In this document: in pieces, positions 9,279 to 17,742 of the stretch
Numbering within the stretch: position 1 is the first letter of the stretch
Layout: every line of letters begins with the position of its first letter
DNA from: Alphaproteobacteria bacterium
GTDB taxonomy: Bacteria > Pseudomonadota > Alphaproteobacteria > Rs-D84
Reading direction: 5' to 3'
Assembly (NCBI GenBank): GCA_017505705.1
Contig: JAFVOS010000010.1
Span: 2,883 to 66,882 of the forward strand
DNA: 64,000 nt
Position numbers and translations under genes: made by a program
Notes under the pieces: generated by a model
The model's database searches: none
Seen by the model: the letters and a program-made list of their open reading frames with translations, nothing else
What the model was told of the DNA's origin: nothing

Positions 9279-11021
9279 ATGCAAAAAATGTCAATGGCAA
9301 AACGCTTGTATAAAATTGCGTATGACCACGATGAATTGGTTCAGCGTACATCGCCCGAAGCCTTTACGCCATACAATATGTTAGGTGTTGATGCGGAACA
9401 ATACAATGCCCTGCCCGAACGGGAAAAGACCACGTTAAAATGGTTGGTGCGCGCGTCTGATATTATTGATCGTGTGGCATTACAAATGGACCATCCTTAT
9501 AATTTAGATTTTGAACTGTTTCTAGAATCGCGCCAATCTTTTAAAGATATAAAATTAACGCAGAAATTATTTCGTGGGCAACGTGGTATTTTTGCGACGG
9601 AAAAATCTGGAGCGCCGGTTGCGTTAACCAATGATGTTGAACCGCGTTTGGGGCGTGGTCTGTATCCGTATAATTTGTCCGTTGATGAATTTCACGACAT
9701 TTTAATTCATATGTTGGAAAGCGGATATAAAGATGAAGAGGTACGTGAAATATTAAATCAACGCACCATTGTAAAGCGTTTTGGCGATGAATTGAAAGCT
9801 GTTGATTATACAAATGCGTTCAAATTTGATTTTCGTTCGGCTGCATATGCATTACAGGCCGCCGCTATAAGCACGGAAAATTTCGATTTCAAAGAATATT
9901 TGACACTGCAATCCGCAGCATTGATGAATTACTGGCCATGGGCTGATTGTGAAGCGGATAAGAAATGGGCAACATTGCAATCGGGACCGCTGGAATTTAC
10001 ACTGGGGCGAGAATGTTATGATGACGCGATGACGCCAACGGTATTACAAAACCCAAAATTAAAATCTATGTTGGATGCGCGTGGAATCATACCATATGCC
10101 AAAGATAATCTGGGGGCGACGGTCGGTATTGTCGATACGGCCGGCACGGATTATTTGTTAAAAATAAAACAGCATTTACCAATGATGGCATCCAAGATGC
10201 CACGTGCAGACGAATATAAACAGGTCCTGGGGACAAACACCAAACAAACAATGGTCGATGTCGATGTTGTATCGGTCAGTGGGCACAATGCCGCGTATCG
10301 CAGTCAGATAACGTTGGCATTTAATCTGCCAAATGCAGATAAGATGGCGGTTCAAACCGGTGGCGGTCATCGGACAGTATATTTAAAACAAATGCGCCAG
10401 TGCAAATATGGCAATGGAATAGACGAAAAGAAAAATGCTTTACTGGCGCCGGAATTTCATAAATATTTTTCGGTTCGTGCCCTGCACGACTTTACAATTT
10501 TGCACGAAAATATGCATACATTGGGACCAAAAGACGGCCTGGATGCACTGGGTGAATATAAAAATATTATTGAAGAGCACAAGGCCGATGCGGGCTCTAT
10601 TGCGATGTTGGATGAACTGGTTCGAGCGGGATTTTTTACGCCACATCAAAAACAAGAACTGATTACGTCATGGCTGATTGCGTATTTATATCCGGGTGCA
10701 AATTTCAGTCGCGCCCATGCGAAGCGCAATATTATGCAACATAATATGTTATTTGAGTGTGGCGCAATTCGTCTGGATTCATCAAATCGTTTAGTCATAG
10801 ATTTTGATGCGGTTGTCGCACGTGGTAAAAAAATGTTGCGCGATGTGATTGATATTCAGTTATCAAAAAATCCAGAAATGGCACGTCAGTATATTGAAAA
10901 ATATGCAGTATGGTCGCCACAACTGGGAATGCTGGGGACGAAATTAGCCAACGTTGATAAACAGCGTAATTCTTATATCGTAGAACCATTGGCGGATATG
11001 TTACGCGGACGTCAGAAATAA
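9279..11021 (+). CDS. Zn-metallopeptidase/hydrolase, DPP-III-like (M49-related)
   Basis: HENMH(TLGP) at nt 10503-10517 and EEHKAD at 10573-10590. These resemble the HExxH...EExKAD pair of DPP III-like proteins. Confidence 0.55.
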   Translation: MQKMSMAKRLYKIAYDHDELVQRTSPEAFTPYNMLGVDAEQYNALPEREKTTLKWLVRASDIIDRVALQMDHPYNLDFELFLESRQSFKDIKLTQKLFRGQRGIFATEKSGAPVALTNDVEPRLGRGLYPYNLSVDEFHDILIHMLESGYKDEEVREILNQRTIVKRFGDELKAVDYTNAFKFDFRSAAYALQAAAISTENFDFKEYLTLQSAALMNYWPWADCEADKKWATLQSGPLEFTLGRECYDDAMTPTVLQNPKLKSMLDARGIIPYAKDNLGATVGIVDTAGTDYLLKIKQHLPMMASKMPRADEYKQVLGTNTKQTMVDVDVVSVSGHNAAYRSQITLAFNLPNADKMAVQTGGGHRTVYLKQMRQCKYGNGIDEKKNALLAPEFHKYFSVRALHDFTILHENMHTLGPKDGLDALGEYKNIIEEHKADAGSIAMLDELVRAGFFTPHQKQELITSWLIAYLYPGANFSRAHAKRNIMQHNMLFECGAIRLDSSNRLVIDFDAVVARGKKMLRDVIDIQLSKNPEMARQYIEKYAVWSPQLGMLGTKLANVDKQRNSYIVEPLADMLRGRQK

Positions 11022-11066
11022 AGTCTGGACATCGATGATAAAATAAGATACTATTTCGCCATACAT

Positions 11067-11082
11067 TGCGGGCGAAGGGAAT
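11067..11082. repeat. 16-nt direct copy of the tRNA-Gly 3' end (tgcgggcgaagggaat)
   Basis: Identical to 11268-11283 inside tRNA-Gly, with an offset of 201 nt. Confidence 0.9.
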
Positions 11083-11264
11083 GTTTGATTCCCATGTTCG
11101 TTTTCACTCCATGGGCCCCTTTCGCTACGTAAGACTCGAACTGCGTATTCACTTGTTCTCGTCAACTGACGCCCCGAACCCTCCCGTTGCTAACGCAACT
11201 CTTTCGGGTTCAATTCCGTCACCACAATCCAATAATTAAACCGGCACAAGGCCGGTTGAATTCT

Positions 11265-11338
11265 TGGTGCGGGCGAAGGGAATCGAACCCTCGCCTAAAG
11301 CTTGGGAAGCTTTCGTTCTACCATTATACTACGCCCGC
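11265..11338 (-). tRNA. tRNA-Gly (anticodon CCC), CCA encoded
   Basis: The reverse complement is GCGGGCGTAGTATAATGGTAGAACGAAAGCTTCCCAAGCTTTAGGCGAGGGTTCGATTCCCTTCGCCCGCACCA. It folds as a cloverleaf with anticodon loop TTCCCAA. Confidence 0.93.
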
Positions 11339-11390
11339 TGTTGTCTGGGGGTGATTCTATAATAATAAAACCACCTTGTCCAGAACAAAT

Positions 11391-11807
11391 CTATTGTTGT
11401 TCGTTTGGCTGTTCGCACAGTTCAACCGCATACAATGCAGACGGATCAGCAATCGTGCCACAAACCAAGCGGAAATTACATTTGTTTTCTGGTGTTCCCA
11501 TGTTTTCCATTGTCATGGCTGGAATAATATTCAACAGACATGTGCCCTCTTCTGCGTATTGTTCAGGCGCTTCGACAGAGAATAATTTTACAGTTTTTTG
11601 TTTATTCGCAACCGCAACCAATTCTTCTGTTGCGTCCAATTTCATAACATAGTCACCCATTGCACCCAATGCTACAATCGTGTTACGATGTGGTTGTTTG
11701 CCTAATTCCTGCAGTACAATGGCGGTATCTTCGAATGTTGGTTTTTCTGGGGCCTGGTCACATGCAACCAATGGCAGTGCAGCCAATACAAGTGCTAACT
11801 TTTTCAT
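11391..11807 (-). CDS. Hypothetical lipoprotein
   Basis: The ATG at 11807 is preceded by GGAG. It encodes signal/lipobox MKKLALVLAALPLVAC. The longer ORF-track start lacks an RBS. Confidence 0.65.
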   Translation of the reverse strand: MKKLALVLAALPLVACDQAPEKPTFEDTAIVLQELGKQPHRNTIVALGAMGDYVMKLDATEELVAVANKQKTVKLFSVEAPEQYAEEGTCLLNIIPAMTMENMGTPENKCNFRLVCGTIADPSALYAVELCEQPNEQQ

Positions 11808-11875
11808 TTTTTCTCCTTGCGTTTTATTGTGTGGTTTCAGTATAGCAAACGCATTAAACACATTGCAATAAATAT

Positions 11876-11904
11876 TTGACTTTTGACAAATATTAGTTCA
11901 TAAT
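11876..11904 (+). promoter_or_regulatory. Candidate sigma70 promoter of the rpsP operon
   Basis: TTGACT, 17 nt, CATAAT. It lies ~140 nt upstream of the rpsP ATG. Confidence 0.35.
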
Positions 11905-12043
11905 TGCCCTGCAAATCCCAAAGATTGCCATTTTAGTAACACCAGTTCGCAGCATGCGTGTGGCACATCATCCGACGAGTGTTCGTCCTTGGTGGCGGTT
12001 TTCTTTGTGGTTAAAACAGTTAATTAATAAAAGGAGCAAAATT

Positions 12044-12481
12044 ATGGCAACTGTTATTCGTTTGGCACGTTATGGTGCAAAAAAACGCCCATACTATCAC
12101 ATTGTTGTGACAGATTCACGCAATGCACGTAATTCTGGTAATGTTTTGGACGTTGTTGGTAAATATGATCCAATGCAGGCCAAAGATAGCGATAAACGTG
12201 TTATCTTGAAATTAGACGAAGTAAAAGCATGGTTGGAAAAAGGCGCACAGCCATCTGATCGTGTATACAAATTCTTGGCCAAGGCTGGATTGGTAAAACC
12301 AAAGGCAATCCCAGTTCAGACAAAGAAACATCTGCAGTCTGAAAAAACACAGATGAAGATTAAAGACAAGGCTGAAAAGTTGGCAAAAATCGCCGAAGAA
12401 AAGGCCGCTGCAGAAGCCGCCGCTAAGGCTGCAGCCGAAGCCCCAGCAGAAGAAGCACCAGCAGCAGAAGTTGCAGAATAA
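12044..12481 (+). CDS. rpsP: 30S ribosomal protein S16 with Ala/Glu/Lys-rich C-terminal extension
   Basis: MATVIRLARYGAKKRPYYHIVV; AAGGAG RBS at 12031-12036. Confidence 0.95.
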   Translation: MATVIRLARYGAKKRPYYHIVVTDSRNARNSGNVLDVVGKYDPMQAKDSDKRVILKLDEVKAWLEKGAQPSDRVYKFLAKAGLVKPKAIPVQTKKHLQSEKTQMKIKDKAEKLAKIAEEKAAAEAAAKAAAEAPAEEAPAAEVAE

Positions 12482-12563
12482 TAAATAATTTTGCCCTGCC
12501 CGGTATGCTGGAACAACAGATTTTGGCATATCGGGCATTTCGCAACTGGTAAAGGAGACAAAT

Positions 12564-12890
12564 ATGGCGATTGACACGATTAATCCTGATGTAGAAGTGT
12601 TTTATTATGGTAATAATGACGTGCCAACAATACCATGTGTGCACAAAGACGGCGAACCAAATTCAGATTTGGATTGCCCATATGATGGCACGTATTGTCG
12701 TCAAAAAGAGGCACGCATCAAAGCCTGGGCAAGAGCCATTCAATACTATGCTGAACATAAAATCAATAATCTGCTACATACATCAGCTGACATGTTTGAA
12801 GATTGCCCATTGGGCAACCTGGAATATAAGTGTATTCGCAAAATTCGCTACGAAAGAATGCTGCAGGCAATAAAACAAAATGTTAAATAA
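12564..12890 (+). CDS. Hypothetical small Cys-containing protein inside the rpsP operon
   Basis: Good RBS (aaaggagacaaatATG). The stop overlaps the rimM start. I recognised no family. Confidence 0.5.
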   Translation: MAIDTINPDVEVFYYGNNDVPTIPCVHKDGEPNSDLDCPYDGTYCRQKEARIKAWARAIQYYAEHKINNLLHTSADMFEDCPLGNLEYKCIRKIRYERMLQAIKQNVK

Positions 12891-13344
12891 CAATAAAATC
12901 TTGGTTGGAAAAATTGTTGCGCCCCAGGGAATCCGGGGTGAAGTGCGCATTCAGACATATTCTGATGCACCCATGGATTTTAAGAAATTCAATATTATCA
13001 GCGATAAATTTAAAGCCGAAGATTTTAGATTTGTGCGCACAATTCCAAATTCAACTGTTATTATTGCGAAAATTAATGGCTTTGATGACCGCAATGCTGC
13101 AGAAACACTGCGTGGAACAGAACTGTTTATCGGACGTGAAGATTTGCCAGACTTGGGCGAACAAGAATATTACCAGACTGATTTAATTGGATTGACCGTT
13201 AATCAGCGTGGCAATATTATTGGACGTGTTGCGTGCATCCAGAATTTTGGGGCTGGCGATATTTTGGAACTGGAAAACGGAGACATGGTATCATTTATCG
13301 GTGCAAATGTTGATATGGATGCAAGAATTATATATGTGAGATAA
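12880..13344 (+). CDS. rimM: 16S rRNA processing protein RimM
   Basis: ILVGKIVAPQGIRGEVRIQTYSD, plus its position between rpsP and trmD. Confidence 0.9.
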   Translation: MLNNNKILVGKIVAPQGIRGEVRIQTYSDAPMDFKKFNIISDKFKAEDFRFVRTIPNSTVIIAKINGFDDRNAAETLRGTELFIGREDLPDLGEQEYYQTDLIGLTVNQRGNIIGRVACIQNFGAGDILELENGDMVSFIGANVDMDARIIYVR

Positions 13345-13353
13345 GGAAAAAAT

Positions 13354-13629
13354 ATGCCAAAAAAGACATTTCAATTTGATGCGATTAATAAAAAATTTGA
13401 AGTTAAGTGCAATATGCCAGGAAAAGATTATTCTGTTGCCTGCCCTGTTATCAAGGTTTATCGGGCAGGAATTGGTACAGTATTGTCAACGTCGGCACAT
13501 GATTTTGATAAAACGCATGTTCACTTAGCTGAAGCGGCATCGGTTGAAACAGTAAAAATAATGTTCGATATTGGACAGTCTATGTGTAATTGTTGCAGCT
13601 TTAACGAAGTTAGAGGAAAGACAAAATAA
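13354..13629 (+). CDS. Hypothetical small Cys-containing protein inside the rpsP operon
   Basis: RBS aaggaaaaaatATG. It fills the rimM-trmD gap exactly, ending 2 nt before trmD. I recognised no family. Confidence 0.5.
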   Translation: MPKKTFQFDAINKKFEVKCNMPGKDYSVACPVIKVYRAGIGTVLSTSAHDFDKTHVHLAEAASVETVKIMFDIGQSMCNCCSFNEVRGKTK

Positions 13630-13631
13630 GA

Positions 13632-14312
13632 ATGCACTTTAACATACTGACTATTTTTCCAGAAATGTTTCCAGGCACCCTGGCGGGGGGTGTGGTTGGT
13701 CGTGCATTGGAACGTGGTATATGGTCGTATGATATAATTAACATTCGGGATTTTGCAATCAATAATTATGGCAGTGTTGATGATACACAATTTGGCGGTG
13801 GTGCCGGCATGGTTATGCGCCCAGACGTTTTGGGCAGCGCACTGGATTCTATTAAAAATCCTGGCAAGATTATATATTTTTCGCCACGTGGAAAAACACT
13901 GAACCAAAAAATCGTACGTGAATTTATCACAGACCAGGATGCGACATATACCCTGCTGTGCGGTCGATACGAAGGAATTGATGAAAGAATTATTGAAGAA
14001 TATGATATAATGGAATTATCTATTGGCGATTATATTCTGTCGGGGGGCGAAATTGCAGCCCAAGTTTTTGTTGACAGTTGCGTTCGTGTGATGGATAATG
14101 TGGTTCACGGTGGCAGTGACACCACAGAAAACGAAAGTTTCGAAATCGGGGGGTTAGAATGGCCATTATATACCCGCCCGTCAGTATGGCGTGGACGAAG
14201 CGTCCCAGAAGTCCTGCTGTCCGGTCACCATGGCAATATCGAACGGTGGCGGAAACAACAATCGGTTGACATAACCAAAGAACGTCGACCGGACTTAATA
14301 AAGGAAAAGTAA
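13632..14312 (+). CDS. trmD: tRNA (guanine37-N1)-methyltransferase
   Basis: [39 protein letters not shown], and LSGHH..I..WR. Confidence 0.95.
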   Translation: MHFNILTIFPEMFPGTLAGGVVGRALERGIWSYDIINIRDFAINNYGSVDDTQFGGGAGMVMRPDVLGSALDSIKNPGKIIYFSPRGKTLNQKIVREFITDQDATYTLLCGRYEGIDERIIEEYDIMELSIGDYILSGGEIAAQVFVDSCVRVMDNVVHGGSDTTENESFEIGGLEWPLYTRPSVWRGRSVPEVLLSGHHGNIERWRKQQSVDITKERRPDLIKEK

Positions 14313-14314
14313 AA

Positions 14315-14707
14315 ATGAGCATTATTAAAAAAATTGAACAAGAACAAGTTGCAAAATTAAAGGGTGACAAAGTTATCCCTGCATTCAAGGCTGGTGATAC
14401 ATTAAAGGTTCACGTCAAAATTAAAGACGGTGACAAATTCCGTATCCAGGTTTTTGAAGGTGTCGTTATCGCACGTGATGGCGGCAATGGCAACAACGCA
14501 TCATTTACTGTACGTCGTGAATCATACGGCGTCGGTGTAGAACGCAAGTTCCCACTGTACAGCCCATCAATTGAAAAAATTGAAAAGGTTCGTATCGGTA
14601 AAGTACGTCGTGCAAAGCTGTTCTTCTTGCGTGGATTGTCAGGTAAAAAGGCACGTATTGTTGAAGACCTGGCGGCAACAAGCGCAGAAAAAAATGCAAA
14701 CAAATAA
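14315..14707 (+). CDS. rplS: 50S ribosomal protein L19
   Basis: [31 protein letters not shown]...[19 protein letters not shown]. Confidence 0.95.
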   Translation: MSIIKKIEQEQVAKLKGDKVIPAFKAGDTLKVHVKIKDGDKFRIQVFEGVVIARDGGNGNNASFTVRRESYGVGVERKFPLYSPSIEKIEKVRIGKVRRAKLFFLRGLSGKKARIVEDLAATSAEKNANK

Positions 14708-14722
14708 TGATTTTGTTTTTAC

Positions 14723-14752
14723 AAAAAATCCCGCCATTGGCGGGATTTTTAT
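14723..14752. terminator. Bidirectional intrinsic terminator
   Basis: aaaaatcccgcc-att-ggcgggattttt. Confidence 0.85.
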
Positions 14753-15603
14753 TAATCGTCGCACCCCAATGATTCACGAACACTAGTGGTGTTAGCTATA
14801 GTATAGGAGCACGCAGAATAACATGAAGTTTCACATGCTGAAGGTGAAGCACTGGTGCTGGACCCCATGGTTGTGTAATAGAAATTCTTGCCGTTTGCAT
14901 TACACCAGCATGCAGCCCCGCTTGAAGTATTTTCTTTTGTACCAGGTATCATGTTATATTGTGTGCCCATCGAATCTAAACAGGCATATGTAATATCGGC
15001 ACATGCATCTTTTACCACAGTTCCGTCATATGCACATGTCCCACCAAAGGAAAAGGTGCCAGATTTATCATAATAACGTGCGGCATATATTACATAGCAC
15101 TCATTTATGGATTCTGACCCGGTGCCAGCTGTTGTCACATATCCATTTGCAACGTTAACAGCCGTGGTTAGAGCAGAATCTGCGTATGCGCCACTAAGTG
15201 CTGGGCACGTGGTGCACGATGATGCGTTTACTGTTGTGGAATATGTACCCTTAGCACACGAAACACAACCAGAACTGGTTTTATATGTTCCTGGTTCACA
15301 GCGGTAACATGATCTATACGAATAGGAACAATCTTGATGGGTTTTATTTGTTGTTTGCTGGGTATAGCCACTGTTGCACCCTGAACAGTCTATATATTTG
15401 ACATATAATGTTGTTGTCGTACCACTAACAGTTTCGCTCCATACATTGTAAAGTGTACTTGAGCTACTACAACCATTTGAGCTGCCATAAGAACCATTGT
15501 GATTAGCACCTGTAGGTACTGAAGTTTCTGTTGAACATGTATAGGCCCATCCAATTGATGGCGCTAAGATTAAACCTGAACATAAAATGAAAATCTTTTT
15601 CAT
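14752..15603 (-). CDS. Secreted cysteine-rich protein with ephrin-receptor/TNFR-like Cys repeats
   Basis: Sec signal MKKIFILCSGLILAPSIGWA. Repeats such as CEPGTYKTSSGCVSCAKGTYSTTVNASSCTTCP. It is very Cys/Ser/Thr/Gly rich. Confidence 0.7.
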   Translation of the reverse strand: MKKIFILCSGLILAPSIGWAYTCSTETSVPTGANHNGSYGSSNGCSSSSTLYNVWSETVSGTTTTLYVKYIDCSGCNSGYTQQTTNKTHQDCSYSYRSCYRCEPGTYKTSSGCVSCAKGTYSTTVNASSCTTCPALSGAYADSALTTAVNVANGYVTTAGTGSESINECYVIYAARYYDKSGTFSFGGTCAYDGTVVKDACADITYACLDSMGTQYNMIPGTKENTSSGAACWCNANGKNFYYTTMGSSTSASPSACETSCYSACSYTIANTTSVRESLGCDD

Positions 15604-15807
15604 AAAATCCCCCGTTTCTTGTGACCGCCAATGTAAACGGTGGTTTTAATTCGGCACTATTTTGCTGTTGACATGTGCCAGAAAACTGGGATAAAATAAG
15701 AGGCAAGAGATAACGAAAAAACTGACCGTTTGGATTAGGCAGTTATTTTTTTGTGTTTTTTATGTGTTTTCAATCAGATATATAAGAACTTAGATAATTT
15801 CTTTTTA

Positions 15808-16332
15808 TTATCTTGCAAACTGGCGTGGGGTGGCCAGAAATGGATTTTGCAACAATACAGGCTTATAACCTGTTTGTTCAACGCATACGTTTATGCAATT
15901 TGCATGATTGGCAAAATCATAATCTTGGATATGAATATGTCCATGAATGTTTGCAATTGGTGATGTGTCGCCAAATTCTGGCAGTGGTTCATGCGATAAC
16001 ATGATATATTGTTCTGCAATATAGACGGGATGCAAAAAAACCTTGTCAAAGCCACAGTCACGCCACCACGTTTCCGAATGACCACGATCATGATTGCCAA
16101 GAATTAAATATTTGCGCCCATTCATTTGATGTAAAATTTTGTAAACTTTCTCTTTTGTCGCACCATACATAACATCGCCCAGCCAATAACAAACATCTTG
16201 TTTTTGAACGACGGAATTATAATTCTTAATCAGTGTTTGGTTCATGTGTGCAATATTGTTAAACGGGCGCTGGCCGTTAACAATTATTTTTTCGGAATCA
16301 AAGTGTGGGTCGGAATATACATATGTCGCCAT
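15808..16332 (-). CDS. Metallophosphoesterase (calcineurin-like, small phage/AQ1575-like type)
   Basis: SDPHF, WLGDV, ILGNHD and HGHIH metal-ligand motifs in canonical order. Confidence 0.8.
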   Translation of the reverse strand: MATYVYSDPHFDSEKIIVNGQRPFNNIAHMNQTLIKNYNSVVQKQDVCYWLGDVMYGATKEKVYKILHQMNGRKYLILGNHDRGHSETWWRDCGFDKVFLHPVYIAEQYIMLSHEPLPEFGDTSPIANIHGHIHIQDYDFANHANCINVCVEQTGYKPVLLQNPFLATPRQFAR

Positions 16333-16334
16333 AA

Positions 16335-17273
16335 CTATTTACCCCCATGAATATTATTAATGTTTTGATTGATTGTCTGCAGCATACGCACAATATCAGC
16401 CCATGTTTCACGTGGTGCATTAAATGCCTCGGATGCAGTATGATAATCATCTGCCAAACGATACAGTGTGCTGTCATCAGGCAATAACACAATTTCTGAT
16501 GGTGATTTAACAGGCGTAATTTCTTTGGTTGTGTACTTTGCTTGATACGCTTCTATGTTGTGGAACAGTGGATACGTTTCTGATAAATCTACAAACGGTG
16601 CCAATGTTGCAACATCATAATAGTGGCGTGAAAATCCGTCATCAAAATGTGGAATACGGGCGTTGGCATTAGAATGCAGTGCATAGACTTTGTCCCAAAA
16701 AGTTTGCTGATATGCCACCGTCGGTACAGTCCCCATTGGAACCAATGTTGAATACGGCACAACAGAACGTACGGAAATTATACTGTCTGGGTATTTGCGT
16801 GGGATAATTTCAATACACAGATGTCCCATGTCTGTGCCAAAATGCGAACGATACAGCAAATGTAGTGTTGGCGATGATAAAAAGTGCTCTTTATTTTCCA
16901 GGGCATTCCAATCACGATCTGTGACAATCATAAATCTGGAATCTTGGTTGATGATATTGTTTATTGCCGGCTTTAACACATCAAAAACATAGTTTTTAAA
17001 ATTCTTGCGAAATGTGTTCAGCTTCTTTTTTGAATGCATATCTGGAATATCTGTGAAATCACTGCATGCTAAATCTATATCCTGGCCGATGCGGTTGCTG
17101 ATATTATATGATTTGGTAACGGATGCACCACCAGCAAAAACAAAATTTTTGTTTATATATTCATTTTGAAATAACTTTTCCAGTATTGCACATTCCAAAT
17201 AGTCCTTTTCAGCCATTTTTGGATTGTTTGTACGTGCAAACTCTAAAAACTTTTCTGGTTGTATTTTTATCAT
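16335..17273 (-). CDS. AbiEii/DUF1814-like nucleotidyltransferase
   Basis: EKDYLECAILEKL, FAGGASVTKSYNISNRIGQDIDL, and a later DKVYALHS...RHYYDVATL. The ATG at 17273 is preferred over the TTG at 17297. Confidence 0.6.
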   Translation of the reverse strand: MIKIQPEKFLEFARTNNPKMAEKDYLECAILEKLFQNEYINKNFVFAGGASVTKSYNISNRIGQDIDLACSDFTDIPDMHSKKKLNTFRKNFKNYVFDVLKPAINNIINQDSRFMIVTDRDWNALENKEHFLSSPTLHLLYRSHFGTDMGHLCIEIIPRKYPDSIISVRSVVPYSTLVPMGTVPTVAYQQTFWDKVYALHSNANARIPHFDDGFSRHYYDVATLAPFVDLSETYPLFHNIEAYQAKYTTKEITPVKSPSEIVLLPDDSTLYRLADDYHTASEAFNAPRETWADIVRMLQTINQNINNIHGGK

Positions 17274-17367
17274 CTTGACATATATTATTGCACACAATTG
17301 TCTTTTGTCAACTTTTATTTAAATATAGAATTTGACTTTAGTGGACACGAGGACTAATATTAAAAGC

Positions 17368-17739
17368 ATGAAAAAAATGTTTGCTAAAATCTTTCTTTTT
17401 GGGATAATAATGGGCGCCCTGCCCGGTGTGTTGGGCGCATACATTAATCGCAACACTGCAATTGTACGGGTTATGAACAAAGCCGCCGGCAAAGTCTATA
17501 CCCTGGAAATCCCAACAGGTGACAGTGCAAAGTTCGAAAAATTAAACATCACAATTCGGGCTTGCAAACAAACCGATCCTTTTGATGCAGAAGATTTTTT
17601 TGCTTTTATTGAGGCTTCTACTGTAACAGATGGTTTGATTTTTAGCAATTGGATGTCACGAAACGAACCTGGGGTTCAGCCGTTACAGCATGCCGACTAT
17701 GATTTGTGGCTGGTTAGTTGCGAAAACAAAGGAAATTAA
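17368..17739 (+). CDS. DUF2155 domain protein (alphaproteobacterial)
   Basis: Signal-like N-terminus. The pattern V.NK..GKV..L.I..G....F..L.I....C....P.....AF......IFS.WM....P....L.H..YD.WL..C matches. Confidence 0.65.
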   Translation: MKKMFAKIFLFGIIMGALPGVLGAYINRNTAIVRVMNKAAGKVYTLEIPTGDSAKFEKLNITIRACKQTDPFDAEDFFAFIEASTVTDGLIFSNWMSRNEPGVQPLQHADYDLWLVSCENKGN

Positions 17740-17742
17740 AAA

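Noticed and set aside
11021-11264. A possible two-piece (permuted) alphaproteobacterial tmRNA gene next to tRNA-Gly, since smpB is in the window.
   Set aside because: Neither strand shows an alanine-type acceptor (G3:U70) ending in CCA, a proper T-arm plus 7-nt acceptor strand, or an ANDN...-type tag reading frame. The tRNA-like piece is a copy of the tRNA-Gly 3' end.
11302-11652. Plus-strand ORFs of 116 aa and 69 aa.
   Set aside because: They start inside or next to tRNA-Gly and run antisense to the better-supported lipoprotein gene (RBS plus lipobox). They have no RBS and low-complexity translations.
11954-12043. The 30-codon upstream extension of rpsP.
   Set aside because: S16 proteins start at MATVIRLARYG. 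AAGGAG lies 8 nt before that ATG. The extension is Trp/Arg-rich leader sequence.
14723-14752. The recurring A-run/GC-hairpin/T-run elements as a MITE or REP family.
   Set aside because: They occur only at gene 3' ends, mostly between convergent genes. They lack terminal inverted repeats beyond the hairpin and share no flanking similarity. Ordinary bidirectional terminators are the simpler explanation.
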